This document shows, piece after piece, positions 1 through 10,175 of a stretch of 64,000 bases of DNA. Both the position numbers and the translations under genes were made by a program. Source of the stretch: an uncultured Candidatus Saccharibacteria bacterium (GTDB lineage: Bacteria > Patescibacteriota > Dojkabacteria > SC72); NCBI GenBank assembly GCA_964655705.1, contig CAZZPP010000001.1, positions 90,534 through 154,533 on the forward strand, in the 5' to 3' direction. The notes under the pieces are model-generated. The model made no database searches. It had not been told where the DNA came from and saw nothing but the letters and a program-made list of their open reading frames with translations. Position 1 is the first letter of the stretch. The number at the start of each line of letters is the position of its first letter.

Positions 1-24
1 ATATACTTTAATACAAATTTCTTA

Positions 25-507
25 ATGGATTTAATATTAATAGGGATATCCTCAATATTACTCTTCATTCTTTTTCTTAATGTAAAAAGCTCTTTCAAGA
101 AGGTTTACAGTATAGAAGCACAAACAAGAGCCGTATTTGATTTTATGTGTATTGCATCCTTTTACATGTTACTAAGTGTGATAATAAGATTAGGGATATC
201 AATATGGGTTTCAGTATTAATAATTGCAATATCTTCTTTAATATTCTTTTGGTCTGACATTAAGATTCATAGAAAAGAGAGTATGCCTGGATTAATAATG
301 AGTTTCATATCAGCAATATTTGTAGCAATAACCTCATGCATATTTTTCAATACCAATATATTCATATTACCTGCAATAGGGACCCTCTCCTTTTACTTAA
401 TTCTCTCGTTATGGAATATTCGGTTTTCTGGTAAGATTAAGTTCATTGAATATTTACCACCTTTCATATATTCAATACTTGCATTAATTTTAATCCTAAA
501 TTTATGA
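25..507 (+). CDS. Hypothetical integral membrane protein
   Basis: 160 aa, several hydrophobic segments; overlaps pyrH start (ATGA); no recognised motif. Confidence 0.6.
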   Translation: MDLILIGISSILLFILFLNVKSSFKKVYSIEAQTRAVFDFMCIASFYMLLSVIIRLGISIWVSVLIIAISSLIFFWSDIKIHRKESMPGLIMSFISAIFVAITSCIFFNTNIFILPAIGTLSFYLILSLWNIRFSGKIKFIEYLPPFIYSILALILILNL

Positions 508-1208
508 AAAAAGACATAGTAATCAAAGTAGGAGGCTCAATACTCTATGACCATCTCCTAAATATTAATTTTGATCTATTCAAAAGACTCAAAGAATGGT
601 ATTTAGGAAACAAGAAGGAGTATGACCATATTGTATTTGTTGTAGGAGGGGGAAGGCTATCTAGGGAAATGGAGAATAAGGTGGCGGAATCTGTTAAAGA
701 TATCCAAGGAATACACAATATTGCAATGTCAATTACACAAACCAATTCAATAATCCTTGCCTCATATATTAATGACAAAGAAATCTTCGTACCTAAAACA
801 TTAGGAGAAGCATATGAATTTCTACACTCTAGTGAAAAAGGATATATGGTTAGTGGGGGACTTAAGGTAGGTTGGAGTACAGATATGGATGCAGCAGTAT
901 TTGCAGATGCATTAATACTAGATAGAGTCTACAAAGTATCAAACATTGACTATATATATGACAAAGATCCAAAAGAATTCTTTGAGGCTAGACCTATTAA
1001 GGATATGACTTGGAAGGAGTACTTTAAAATGTTCTCAATACTTCCCAATGAAGAACACACTCCAAATTCCCATATGCCAGTTGACGCCAAGTGCTCGCTG
1101 TTCTGTGCAAAAAAGAATATATCTTACAATGTAACAGGAGGTAAACTACTCTATGAGAATGACTCACTTAAAAAGATTCTTAAACAGGGGACATTTATAC
1201 ACAACTAA
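504..1208 (+). CDS. pyrH: Uridylate kinase (archaeal-type amino-acid-kinase family)
   Basis: IKVGGS, VVGGG, PGW-like GWSTD motif, YDKDPK. Confidence 0.85.
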   Translation: MKKDIVIKVGGSILYDHLLNINFDLFKRLKEWYLGNKKEYDHIVFVVGGGRLSREMENKVAESVKDIQGIHNIAMSITQTNSIILASYINDKEIFVPKTLGEAYEFLHSSEKGYMVSGGLKVGWSTDMDAAVFADALILDRVYKVSNIDYIYDKDPKEFFEARPIKDMTWKEYFKMFSILPNEEHTPNSHMPVDAKCSLFCAKKNISYNVTGGKLLYENDSLKKILKQGTFIHN

Positions 1209-1679
1209 CTATTCAACATCAACAATTTTACACTCCATTTTTCCAGAAGGAGACTCAATATTAATCTTTTCTCCCTTCTTTTTACCTATGAGACTACTCC
1301 CAATTGGGGATTTGTATGATATCTTTGATTCTAGAGGATTTGCTTCATTCTCTCCAACAATTGTATACTTTCTAATCTGTCCTTTACCACACTCAATTGT
1401 TACATGAGACCCAATATCTATAGTAGAACTCTTTTTCTTCTTAACAATAACTGCTCTTTCTAATGTTGCTCGTATACTGAGAATCTTTTCCTCATTAGCT
1501 TGAAAATCATCAACAGCCATTGTATACCCATCATTCTCTTTTAAATCTCCCTGGCTTCTCATCTGATTAAGGGTCTCTTGAAGTTTCTTTCTAAGGTCCC
1601 CCTCCCTATATTTAAGTTCATCTTTTAGTTTCTCGTAACCCTCCTTTGTTAGCAGTACTTGAGAATTCTCCCTTGTCAT
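1209..1679 (-). CDS. greA: Transcription elongation factor GreA
   Basis: LTKEGYEKLKDEL N-terminus, GDLKENDGY acidic tip, ISYKSPIGSSLIGKK C-terminal motif. Confidence 0.9.
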   Translation of the reverse strand: MTRENSQVLLTKEGYEKLKDELKYREGDLRKKLQETLNQMRSQGDLKENDGYTMAVDDFQANEEKILSIRATLERAVIVKKKKSSTIDIGSHVTIECGKGQIRKYTIVGENEANPLESKISYKSPIGSSLIGKKKGEKINIESPSGKMECKIVDVE

Positions 1680-1792
1680 ACCCTTAGGGATTTAAATTTA
1701 TATCGTGCAATAATATATATATTTAAAATGGTTGTCAATGATTAACAATCTGTTTATCAAAAGACGTATTTATGATAGAATTACCCTGTTAT

Positions 1793-1867
1793 GCCGCTAT
1801 CGTCTAACGGTTAGGACGCATGATTCTCAATCATGCAATCAGGGTTCGATTCCCTGTAGCGGTACCA
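1793..1867 (+). tRNA. tRNA-Glu (CTC), CCA encoded
   Basis: Acceptor GCCGCTA/TAGCGGT-ACCA, anticodon arm CATGA-TTCTCAA-TCATG, T-arm CAGGG-TTCGATT-CCCTG; upstream TGATAGAAT extended -10. Confidence 0.95.
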
Positions 1868-1875
1868 TTTTTACT

Positions 1876-2526
1876 ATGATACATTTTGATATTGTAACAA
1901 TCTTTCCTGAAGTAATATCTGCATACACAAATAGCAGTATAGTAAAACGTGCACAAGAGAAAGGATTAATAAAAATAGATATACACAATCTAAGAGATTG
2001 GGCTTTAGATAAGCATAAGAGTGTAGATGATACCCCATATGGAGGAGGACCAGGAATGGTAATGAAAGTAGAACCGATATATAACTGTTTAAAAGACTTA
2101 AAAAAAGAAAACAGTATAGTAATATTAACATCCCCCAAAGGAGAGAAATTAGTACAAAGTAAATTACATGAACTATCACAAAATAAAGATTCACATTACA
2201 TAGTACTCTGTGGACACTATGAAGGATTTGATCAAAGAGTACATGATAATTTAGTAGATTGGGAATTCTCCATAGGAGAGTATGTCCTATCTGGAGGAGA
2301 GCTACCAGCACTAATCCTCATAGATGGAATAACAAGGTTAATACCAGGTGTATTAGGAAATGAGCAGTCTCTAATCTCTGAAACCTTTAATACAGATACT
2401 CCAGACTATCCAACATATACTAAACCAGAGATATTTCTTAACTGGAAGGTACCAGAGACACTGTTAAGTGGTAATCACAAAGATATTAAGGAGTGGAGAG
2501 AGAAAATGTCAAAAATGAGTAAATAG
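1876..2526 (+). CDS. trmD: tRNA (guanine-N1)-methyltransferase
   Basis: VDDTPYGGGPGMVM, LCGHYEGFDQR, SIGEYVLSGGE motifs; start moved from 1732 to ATG 1876 because the longer ORF runs through the tRNA. Confidence 0.95.
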   Translation: MIHFDIVTIFPEVISAYTNSSIVKRAQEKGLIKIDIHNLRDWALDKHKSVDDTPYGGGPGMVMKVEPIYNCLKDLKKENSIVILTSPKGEKLVQSKLHELSQNKDSHYIVLCGHYEGFDQRVHDNLVDWEFSIGEYVLSGGELPALILIDGITRLIPGVLGNEQSLISETFNTDTPDYPTYTKPEIFLNWKVPETLLSGNHKDIKEWREKMSKMSK

Positions 2527-2601
2527 TTCCACCTTGTGTGATAATCTGAAATAGAATAGAATAATAAAGATACCTGTAAGATAACTTTTTTACGTTTCCC
2601 A

Positions 2602-3078
2602 ATGTTCCCAATAAGAAAAGAAAAATTCAAGATAACAAAGGAGAAAGAGAAAGAACTCATTAATGAATTAGAAGAACTAAACCAAGAGTTAGTAGAAATT
2701 GCCAATAGAATGGAAGAATCTAGAAGAGATGACTCTGATGAAGACAGTTCAATACTTGGAACCATATCTGTTGAGAAAGAAGGAATCCAAAAACAAATTA
2801 AGGAAATAAGCCAGATTCTAGATAACTATGAAATAATTGAAGAAGGGAATGTATGTGAACCAGATAAAATTAAACTTGGGTCCTCAATTAAAGTTAAGGA
2901 TGGAGATAAGATACTACAGTTTAAATTAGTATCATCTCTTGAAGCTGATCCATTAAAAAACTATATATCTGACAAATCTCCTCTAGGAAAGAAATTACTA
3001 AAAGCTAAAGTGGGAGATACTGTGACAGTAATAGTAAGAACAAATATCATTAGATACAAGATATTAGAAGTTTGTTAG
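2602..3078 (+). CDS. GreA/GreB-family paralog with atypical acidic tip (Gfh1-like)
   Basis: Coiled coil plus ISDKSPLGKKLLKAKVGD C-terminal Gre domain; tip DDSDEDS instead of GDLSENAEY. Confidence 0.8.
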   Translation: MFPIRKEKFKITKEKEKELINELEELNQELVEIANRMEESRRDDSDEDSSILGTISVEKEGIQKQIKEISQILDNYEIIEEGNVCEPDKIKLGSSIKVKDGDKILQFKLVSSLEADPLKNYISDKSPLGKKLLKAKVGDTVTVIVRTNIIRYKILEVC

Positions 3079-4367
3079 TTAATAACTGAGTTTAAGTCCT
3101 CAATCTTAACTCTTTTCTGTTTCATTGTATCCCTATCTCTTACTGTAACTGTATCATTCTCTAAAGATTCATAATCAATTGTAATACAGTGTGGAGTACC
3201 AATCTCATCCTGATACCTATATCTCTTACCAATATTACCTCTGTCATCCCATACTACCTTGTTACCCTCTGAAAGCAAGTTAAATATATCTCTAGCCTTT
3301 TTAACAATATCCTCCTTGTTATTTACCAATGGGAATATGGCTACCTTGTAAGCAGCAATATCTCTGTGAACCTTAAGTACCGTCCTAATATTCCCATTAC
3401 CCAAATCTTCCTCCTCATATGCATCTAAGAGTAAAAAGAACAGTGTCCTATCTATACCACCAGAAGTCTCAACGATCCATGGAATATATTTCTCATTTGT
3501 TTTAGGATCTGTATATGAGAGATCCTTGTTAGAGAATTTACTATGTTGTGTTAAATCATAATCAGCTCTCCAGTGTATACCCTCATTCTCTGCCCAACCC
3601 CAATCCGTCTTGTATTCAATATCAAATGCTTTCTTAGCATAGAAGACTAGTTTCTCTTTAGGATGTTCGTAGAATCTCAAATTCTCTTCCTTTCTGTAAA
3701 GAGTCTTGAAAAAATTCATCCGCTCCTCTTTCCAGAACTCAAACCATCTCTCCATTTCACTAGGATGAACAAAAAACTGTAAATCCCACTGTTCAAACTC
3801 TCTAGTTCTAAATGTTAATTTGTTAGGAGTAACCTCATTTCTAAAAGCTTTACCAATCTGAGCAATACCAAAAGGAATTTGCTGTCTAGTAGAATCAACA
3901 ACATTTTTAAAATCTAAATATATATTCTGACAAGCCTCACCTCTAAGGTATGCATCCATTTTCTCTCCCTCCAATACTCCTACTTCTGTCTTAAACAACA
4001 TATTGTATTTTCGACTCTCAGTAAACTCAATCCCACCACATTTAGGGCACTTCTCATCAATATCTTCTGGCCTAAATCTTTGATGACACTTCTTACACTC
4101 TACTACCTCATCAGCAAAGCCTGTAAGATGCCCTGATGCCTCCCAGACCTTTGGATGGGTAATAATGGTCCCATCAATACCTACAACATTCTCTCTTCTG
4201 TCTACAATATTCCTCCACCAATATCTCTTTAAATTGTTTTTCATCTCTACACCAACAGGCCCGTAGTCATAGAAGCCTCCCATACCACCATATATTTCAG
4301 AATTAGGAAATATTATTCCTCTTCTTTTTGCTAAAGCTGTAATCTTTTGTAAAGTGTCCTCTGCCAT
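3075..4367 (-). CDS. glyQS: Glycine--tRNA ligase (homodimeric type)
   Basis: KRRG..YDYGPVG, GIAQIGKAFRNE, FRTREFEQ, IGKRYRYQDEIGTP anticodon domain. Confidence 0.95.
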   Translation of the reverse strand: MAEDTLQKITALAKRRGIIFPNSEIYGGMGGFYDYGPVGVEMKNNLKRYWWRNIVDRRENVVGIDGTIITHPKVWEASGHLTGFADEVVECKKCHQRFRPEDIDEKCPKCGGIEFTESRKYNMLFKTEVGVLEGEKMDAYLRGEACQNIYLDFKNVVDSTRQQIPFGIAQIGKAFRNEVTPNKLTFRTREFEQWDLQFFVHPSEMERWFEFWKEERMNFFKTLYRKEENLRFYEHPKEKLVFYAKKAFDIEYKTDWGWAENEGIHWRADYDLTQHSKFSNKDLSYTDPKTNEKYIPWIVETSGGIDRTLFFLLLDAYEEEDLGNGNIRTVLKVHRDIAAYKVAIFPLVNNKEDIVKKARDIFNLLSEGNKVVWDDRGNIGKRYRYQDEIGTPHCITIDYESLENDTVTVRDRDTMKQKRVKIEDLNSVIN

Positions 4368-4447
4368 GAATATATATCTTAATCTTAACTCCCTAATTAT
4401 ACATCATCTCCTTTATGTGTATAGCACATATTTGATAATATGGAGAT

Positions 4448-5320
4448 ATGGCAATTGGAAAAACAATATCCATCACTTCAGGAACCCTTTTGGTAGTAGC
4501 GACCTTCCTCTCAATTTTCTTTCTTAGAGCAAAAGCAAACTTCAAACAAGAGACATCAGAGGTCATATCCGCTCAAACTACTTTGTTAGAGGAAGATATT
4601 CCTAAGCAGGAGGAGAGTTACTCTGTTTCAGTCTGTGATACTACAAGTTGTATATGGATATCAAGTGAAGGATTGGAAAAGGAGGGAGTACTAGATGAGA
4701 ATGCAATATATCAAAGAGTACTAGATAGTGTATTACCATATTTTGAGCAAAAGTATGGTGGTAAAACAGTAGCCAAAAATCGTGCGGGTAGCTTCATATA
4801 TTGGAAGGAAGATCTAATCCCTGATTTTGAAAACATATTTGTGGATATATACAAGGCATTTAAGTTAGGAATTAACAACTCTGTTAATATTGAGATTAAT
4901 GATTTACCAGGAACAGATGGTAAGTATTCTCAAAGATATATTGAGGTAGATGACTCCAAGCAGAAACTCTATGCTTGGGTTGATGGAAAGGTTGTCAAAG
5001 AGATACCCCTCTCTGCTGCAAAAGAGGGATTTCAGGTATTTGGGGTATTCCCAATAGTGGATAAAGGGGTTTCCCCAATCGCTCCAGGAGAGAAATATAT
5101 GCCCTACTGGATGGCTTTCTACTACTCTCCTAAACAAGACTCTTGGTATGGATTACATGCCTTAATATGGTGGTACGATGAAAATGGTAAAAGAGTATAC
5201 GAGCCTGAAACCAACATCGGTATTAGAAGAAGTAGAGGGTGTATTCGTATGTTAGTAGAAGATGCAAAATATCTGTATGAGATATATGAGAAGGGAGATC
5301 CCATATTGATACATGAATAG
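4448..5320 (+). CDS. Membrane-anchored L,D-transpeptidase (YkuD domain)
   Basis: N-terminal TM; YIEVDDSKQKLYAW, GLH...SRGCIRM catalytic motif. Confidence 0.8.
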   Translation: MAIGKTISITSGTLLVVATFLSIFFLRAKANFKQETSEVISAQTTLLEEDIPKQEESYSVSVCDTTSCIWISSEGLEKEGVLDENAIYQRVLDSVLPYFEQKYGGKTVAKNRAGSFIYWKEDLIPDFENIFVDIYKAFKLGINNSVNIEINDLPGTDGKYSQRYIEVDDSKQKLYAWVDGKVVKEIPLSAAKEGFQVFGVFPIVDKGVSPIAPGEKYMPYWMAFYYSPKQDSWYGLHALIWWYDENGKRVYEPETNIGIRRSRGCIRMLVEDAKYLYEIYEKGDPILIHE

Positions 5321-5374
5321 GGGTATGGGTGTGATATAATTCAGGGAAATATATTAATTTTTTCTTTTGTATAT

Positions 5375-6901
5375 ATGGAGGATTCACTAAAGAGTAATTT
5401 ACAGGGACAGAGGCAGGTAAGAATTGAAAAATTAGAAAAGATTAAAAGTTTAGGTATTAATCCATACCCATCTAAATCAGAAAGAGATATCCAGATTGGA
5501 GATATTAAGGGGAACTTTGAAAAGTATGAGAGTAGTGTTCATACGGTTGTTGGTCGTATATTTGGATGGAGAGCTCATGGTAAATTGATATTTGCAGATA
5601 TCAAGGATCAAACAGGAAATATCCAAGTCATTGTGAAAAGTGATTGGTTAGAAAAAGGATTGAAGGAGGGCTATCTTGAGTGGGAGACTTTAGAGTTATT
5701 GGATCTTGCAGACTTTGTTGAGGTTAAAGGAGAAATTAGTAAGAGCAAAACAGGAGAGATTTCAATATTAGCAAAAAGTATCAAACTCTTGGTTAAAGCC
5801 TTAAGACCAATACCAAGGAAGTTAAAGAACAAAGAGCAGAAATTTAGAAGAAGGTACTTAGATTTAGTAATCAATCCAGAAAGAGTAAAACTCTTTGAAA
5901 GAAAAGCTAAATTCTGGGAAATACAAAGAGAGTTTCTTAAAAAGGAGGGCTTTACTGAAGTAGAGGTACCTGTATTAGAATCAGTTCCAGGGGGGGCTGA
6001 TGCTAAACCCTTTGTAACTCATCATAATGCGCTTGATCTGGATTTATATTTAAGAATATCAACAGAGTTATTTCAAAAAAGATTAATAGGGGGAGGATTT
6101 GAAAAGATCTATGTATTTGGACCAAACTTTAGAAATGAGGGTATGGATGATGAACATCTACAAGAATTCTATGATATCGAGTGGTATTGGGCATATGCTA
6201 ATTACAAAGATAATATGGATTTAGTTAGGAGATTGTTTTTAGAGATTGCACAAAAGATATATGGTAAGACAGAGTTTACTACAAGAGGTCATACATTTGA
6301 TTTAGCAAAGGAATGGGAAGAGATTGATTTTACAGATGTAATTAAACAGAATTTTGGAGTAGATATATTTAAAGATTCAGATGAGAAGATATTAGAAGTA
6401 ACTAAAGAGAAGGGTTTGGAGATTGAGGATGAGAAGAACAGGAATAGGTTGATAGATAGTATGTGGAAATATATTAGAACAACAATTTCTGGTCCAGCTT
6501 TTCTAGTCAATCATCCTATGTTTGTTTCACCTTTAGCTAAATCTAGAGAGGACAATCCTAAAATTACAGAAAGATTCCAGGTGATAATTGCGGGTAGTGA
6601 ACTAGGTAATGGATACTCCGAGATTAATGATCCACAAGACCAGTTGGAGAGATTCCTAGAGCAGCAAAGACTTAGAGAGAGTGGTGATGAAGAAGCACAG
6701 ATGTTAGATATTGATTTTGTAGAGATGTTAGAGTATGGTTTGCCTCCTACTAGTGGGTATGGTCAGAGTGAAAGAGTATTTTGGTTTCTAGAAGATGTCT
6801 CAGGTAGAGAGGGTACACTATTTCCACAAATGAGACCCGAACTAGAACAATCTACGAAAGATATTTACATGGATATATTACCTAAGGGTAAGAAGAAATA
6901 A
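5375..6901 (+). CDS. lysS: Lysine--tRNA ligase (class II)
   Basis: RRRYLDL, GGADAKPFVTHHN, LRISTELFQKRL, ELGNGYSEINDP. Confidence 0.95.
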   Translation: MEDSLKSNLQGQRQVRIEKLEKIKSLGINPYPSKSERDIQIGDIKGNFEKYESSVHTVVGRIFGWRAHGKLIFADIKDQTGNIQVIVKSDWLEKGLKEGYLEWETLELLDLADFVEVKGEISKSKTGEISILAKSIKLLVKALRPIPRKLKNKEQKFRRRYLDLVINPERVKLFERKAKFWEIQREFLKKEGFTEVEVPVLESVPGGADAKPFVTHHNALDLDLYLRISTELFQKRLIGGGFEKIYVFGPNFRNEGMDDEHLQEFYDIEWYWAYANYKDNMDLVRRLFLEIAQKIYGKTEFTTRGHTFDLAKEWEEIDFTDVIKQNFGVDIFKDSDEKILEVTKEKGLEIEDEKNRNRLIDSMWKYIRTTISGPAFLVNHPMFVSPLAKSREDNPKITERFQVIIAGSELGNGYSEINDPQDQLERFLEQQRLRESGDEEAQMLDIDFVEMLEYGLPPTSGYGQSERVFWFLEDVSGREGTLFPQMRPELEQSTKDIYMDILPKGKKK

Positions 6902-7252
6902 ATGGAATCTTTAAAAGAACTTCTTTCTAAATTAAAAGAAGGTAAGAAAGAAGAACAATCTCAAGGAGAGTTATTTGATACAGAGGTATTCTCCAAAAAG
7001 AAGGTGGTTATCAATGACAAGCATAAGTATATATCAAAAGAGTATCAATATTATGGTCTCTCACTAGCAGGTAAATTAGGTGATACTAAAAGAACCACTA
7101 TGTATATTAAATGGGCAAAAGAGAAACCTAGGGTAATACTGGAGAAAGCATATAGTTTTGCTATTGATTACCCAAATGCTAAAGACAGAAGTCGTATCTT
7201 CATTTGGAAGGTAAAGGAGTTGGAGAAGGAGTCTGACTTGAAACAGGAGTAG
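6902..7252 (+). CDS. Hypothetical protein
   Basis: 116 aa ORF directly after lysS stop; 3' end overlaps the convergent DHH gene. Confidence 0.6.
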   Translation: MESLKELLSKLKEGKKEEQSQGELFDTEVFSKKKVVINDKHKYISKEYQYYGLSLAGKLGDTKRTTMYIKWAKEKPRVILEKAYSFAIDYPNAKDRSRIFIWKVKELEKESDLKQE

Positions 7253-8249
7253 TAACTTTTAATATCCTGTTTACAGTATCAAGAACAATGTTAGCAGCAT
7301 GCTCTCCATCATTTGCTACTATTCTAGTAGCTGCAGAGTATTGATGTCCTCCCCCATTTAATGCCTCTGCAATAGTAGAGACCTCTTGATATCCCTTACT
7401 ACTTCTAAATGATACAAGCCATTCATTCTCTGTAGTATACGAGGGTTTAACTATGAATCCCCAGTGTACTCCTTGTATATATCTAACAATATTGTCTCTT
7501 ACAAATTCTTGTGCTCCATTAATCCCAATCTTTGTTAACTTAAGGCTATTAATATCACTCTTGTTAAGATATGTATATGCCATATCATTGATAATATGTA
7601 AATTCTGTATATATACCTTAATTGGAAGTAATGAGTCTACAGGAAACTTGGCACTCTTGTATTCAAATTCCTCTAAATCCAAAGGATATACCTTTCTTAA
7701 CTGAGCCATAAGTCTGTAAGTATCAGGAGTAGTATTGTCATATGCAAATCTCCCAGTATCATATACTATCCCAATCTGTCCCAGAGTAGATATCTCAGGG
7801 GTAATCTTGAACTTCCCTCCCGATACCTCTTTACAGAAATCTAAAATCTGTTCAGTAGTAGAACTCATACTGTTGTTAATAATTACATCCGCATTCATAC
7901 CCTTAGTAGAGTGATGATCCACAATAGCTATCTTAGCCTGGGTAATCTGTATGGTATCTTCTTTCAATATACACATATCCCAACCTACCGCATCAGTAAT
8001 GATAACCAAATCTTCTTGTTGAGTTTCAATAGTTTGGGCAATAATTATCTCATTCATAAAGGGAATCTTTTGTGTTGGGAACTGTCTTGTTTTGAATACA
8101 ACATTCTTTTTTGGATAGAAGGTATTAAGATACTTTTTCAGTATTAAAGAACTTGCAAATGCATCAAAATCTGGTCCTTTATGTGTCAATATCAAAATAT
8201 CATTGGAATTCTCAATTAACTTCTTGAATTTTCTGTACGCCTTTTTCAT
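7200..8249 (-). CDS. nrnA: DHH/DHHA1 phosphoesterase (NrnA-like oligoribonuclease/PAP phosphatase)
   Basis: THKGPDFDA, IVDHH, DTGRF, SFRS, GGGH motifs. Confidence 0.85.
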   Translation of the reverse strand: MKKAYRKFKKLIENSNDILILTHKGPDFDAFASSLILKKYLNTFYPKKNVVFKTRQFPTQKIPFMNEIIIAQTIETQQEDLVIITDAVGWDMCILKEDTIQITQAKIAIVDHHSTKGMNADVIINNSMSSTTEQILDFCKEVSGGKFKITPEISTLGQIGIVYDTGRFAYDNTTPDTYRLMAQLRKVYPLDLEEFEYKSAKFPVDSLLPIKVYIQNLHIINDMAYTYLNKSDINSLKLTKIGINGAQEFVRDNIVRYIQGVHWGFIVKPSYTTENEWLVSFRSSKGYQEVSTIAEALNGGGHQYSAATRIVANDGEHAANIVLDTVNRILKVTTPVSSQTPSPTPLPSK

Positions 8250-8335
8250 ATATGAAAGTATATCAGATTTTGTATTGATAACAGAATATAGAGAGAATAT
8301 AATAAAGGAGAGTAATAATATTTAAACATTTTTAA

Positions 8336-9610
8336 ATGATAGATATAAAAAGGATAGTAGAAGAGAGGGATATAGTAGAAAGAGCCTTAGCTAAAAGAAT
8401 GGGAGTTGAAGATATGCACTTAGATGAGATAGTAGAGATATTTAACAAGAGGAAAGAGGTATTAAAGGAGTATGAGTTAAAAAGAGCAGAGCAGAATAGT
8501 TTCAATGAAAGAATGGCAAAAACAGAAAAAGGCTCTGAAGAGTTTAATCAGTTAATCTCAGATTTGAAAACACTCTCTATTAATGTTAAAGAATTAGAAT
8601 CAGAGGTAAACTCTCTAGAGAGTAAATTAATATCTCTAGTAGAGGTTTTACCAAACATTCCTGATGAAGATTTAGCTGCTGGTGAGAAAGAAGCAAACGA
8701 GGTTTTAAAGGAGGTCGGGGAGAAACCTGTATTTCCATATACAATTAAAGACCATGTTCAACTAGGTACTGATTTGGGGCTTTTCGATTTTGAGAGAGCT
8801 ACTAAACTCTCAGGAAACAATTTCTCAATGTATACAGGTATGGGTGCTAGATTAGAGTGGGCATTAATTTCCTACTTTGTTGATGAACATATTAAAGATT
8901 GCTATGAAATGATTCTACCTCCACATATTGTAGGACAGGAATCTGGATATACTGCAGGTCAACTTCCAAAGTTTCAAGAGGATGTGTATTGGTTAAAGGA
9001 GGGGAATCAATTTCTAATACCTACTGCAGAAACAGCATTAGACAATCTTTTTAGAAATGAGATATTAGAAGAGAGAGATCTTCCAAAGAAATACTTCTCA
9101 TTTACTCCCTGCTATCGGAAAGAGGCAGGTAGTTACAGAGCAAATGAGAGGGGTTTGATTAGAGTACATCAATTTAACAAGGTAGAGATGTATCAATATA
9201 CAAGTAAGGAGAGTTCAGACTTGGCATTTGAAGAGTTAGTTAGAAAAGCAGAAAAGCTTGTTGAGGGTCTAGGTTTACATTACAGAACAAGTAAATTAGC
9301 TGCAGGAGACTGTTCTGCTCCAGCAGCAAGAACATATGATGTGGAGGTATGGCTCCCAGCAGTTGGTCAGTACTACGAAGTAAGTTCCATATCCAATGTC
9401 CGGGAGTATCAATCTAGAAGGGGGAATATGAGGTACAGAAGTAGTAACGGAGGGAAGATTGAGTACATGCATACCCTAAATGCTTCTGGTCTAGCAACAA
9501 GCAGATTAATGGTTGCCTTAGTAGAGACATTCCAACAGGAGGATGGGAGTATATTAGTTCCAGAGGTTTTAAGAAAGTATATTGGGGTAGATAAGATAGA
9601 AAAGAAGTAG
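8336..9610 (+). CDS. serS: Serine--tRNA ligase
   Basis: LIPTAET, CYRKEAG, GLIRVHQFNKVEM, HTLNASGLA. Confidence 0.97.
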   Translation: MIDIKRIVEERDIVERALAKRMGVEDMHLDEIVEIFNKRKEVLKEYELKRAEQNSFNERMAKTEKGSEEFNQLISDLKTLSINVKELESEVNSLESKLISLVEVLPNIPDEDLAAGEKEANEVLKEVGEKPVFPYTIKDHVQLGTDLGLFDFERATKLSGNNFSMYTGMGARLEWALISYFVDEHIKDCYEMILPPHIVGQESGYTAGQLPKFQEDVYWLKEGNQFLIPTAETALDNLFRNEILEERDLPKKYFSFTPCYRKEAGSYRANERGLIRVHQFNKVEMYQYTSKESSDLAFEELVRKAEKLVEGLGLHYRTSKLAAGDCSAPAARTYDVEVWLPAVGQYYEVSSISNVREYQSRRGNMRYRSSNGGKIEYMHTLNASGLATSRLMVALVETFQQEDGSILVPEVLRKYIGVDKIEKK

Positions 9611-9611
9611 T

Positions 9612-10175
9612 ATGAGTTATTTTTTAGGATTCCTTCCAGACAAAGAGTCTAATTACAAGATTAGAAAGACCCTTGGGGAGGTTAGTATAATATTTGATGG
9701 TTTTGAGATTCCTGTTAGATGGGTAAAACCTCATACATACCATATTACTCTCTACTACCTTGGAGAAAGATATCCTTTTTACAAGCAATATCTTCTAAAA
9801 AAGAAATTAACTAAAATCCACTTCGAAAGTATTAATATATCCCTAAATAGCGTAAAGGTAGGTATATCAAGAAACTACAAAGAATTAATATATATTGATT
9901 TAAAAGATGGTGGGGAACAACTAAGGGAGTTACTCTTAGAGGTGAGAAAAGCAATAGGGGGAAAAGACAGTTCTATGTTCGTACCTCATTTAACGATAGG
10001 AAGAATTAGTAAAGATCTCTCTAAGGAGGAATACAGAAATATATCTTTAGATGTACTAAGATTATCTAAAGAGCTTAAATTAGAAGATATCCACTTTACA
10101 GTTAATTGTATGTACCTCATAGAGAGTAAGAATGGTGTCTATTCTTTTAAGACGAAGTTTGATGCCTCCTTGTAA
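9612..10175 (+). CDS. thpR: RNA 2',3'-cyclic phosphodiesterase (2H family)
   Basis: Two HxT motifs (YHITL, PHLTIGR); RWVKP. Confidence 0.8.
   Translation: MSYFLGFLPDKESNYKIRKTLGEVSIIFDGFEIPVRWVKPHTYHITLYYLGERYPFYKQYLLKKKLTKIHFESINISLNSVKVGISRNYKELIYIDLKDGGEQLRELLLEVRKAIGGKDSSMFVPHLTIGRISKDLSKEEYRNISLDVLRLSKELKLEDIHFTVNCMYLIESKNGVYSFKTKFDASL

Noticed and set aside
1732-1875. N-terminal extension of TrmD in the ORF track
   Set aside because: It runs through tRNA-Glu; TrmD homology starts at ATG 1876.
4368-4447. Replication origin suggested by an apparent change in strand bias near 4.4 kb
   Set aside because: Impression only, not computed; no dnaA or DnaA-box cluster and the spacer is just 80 bp.
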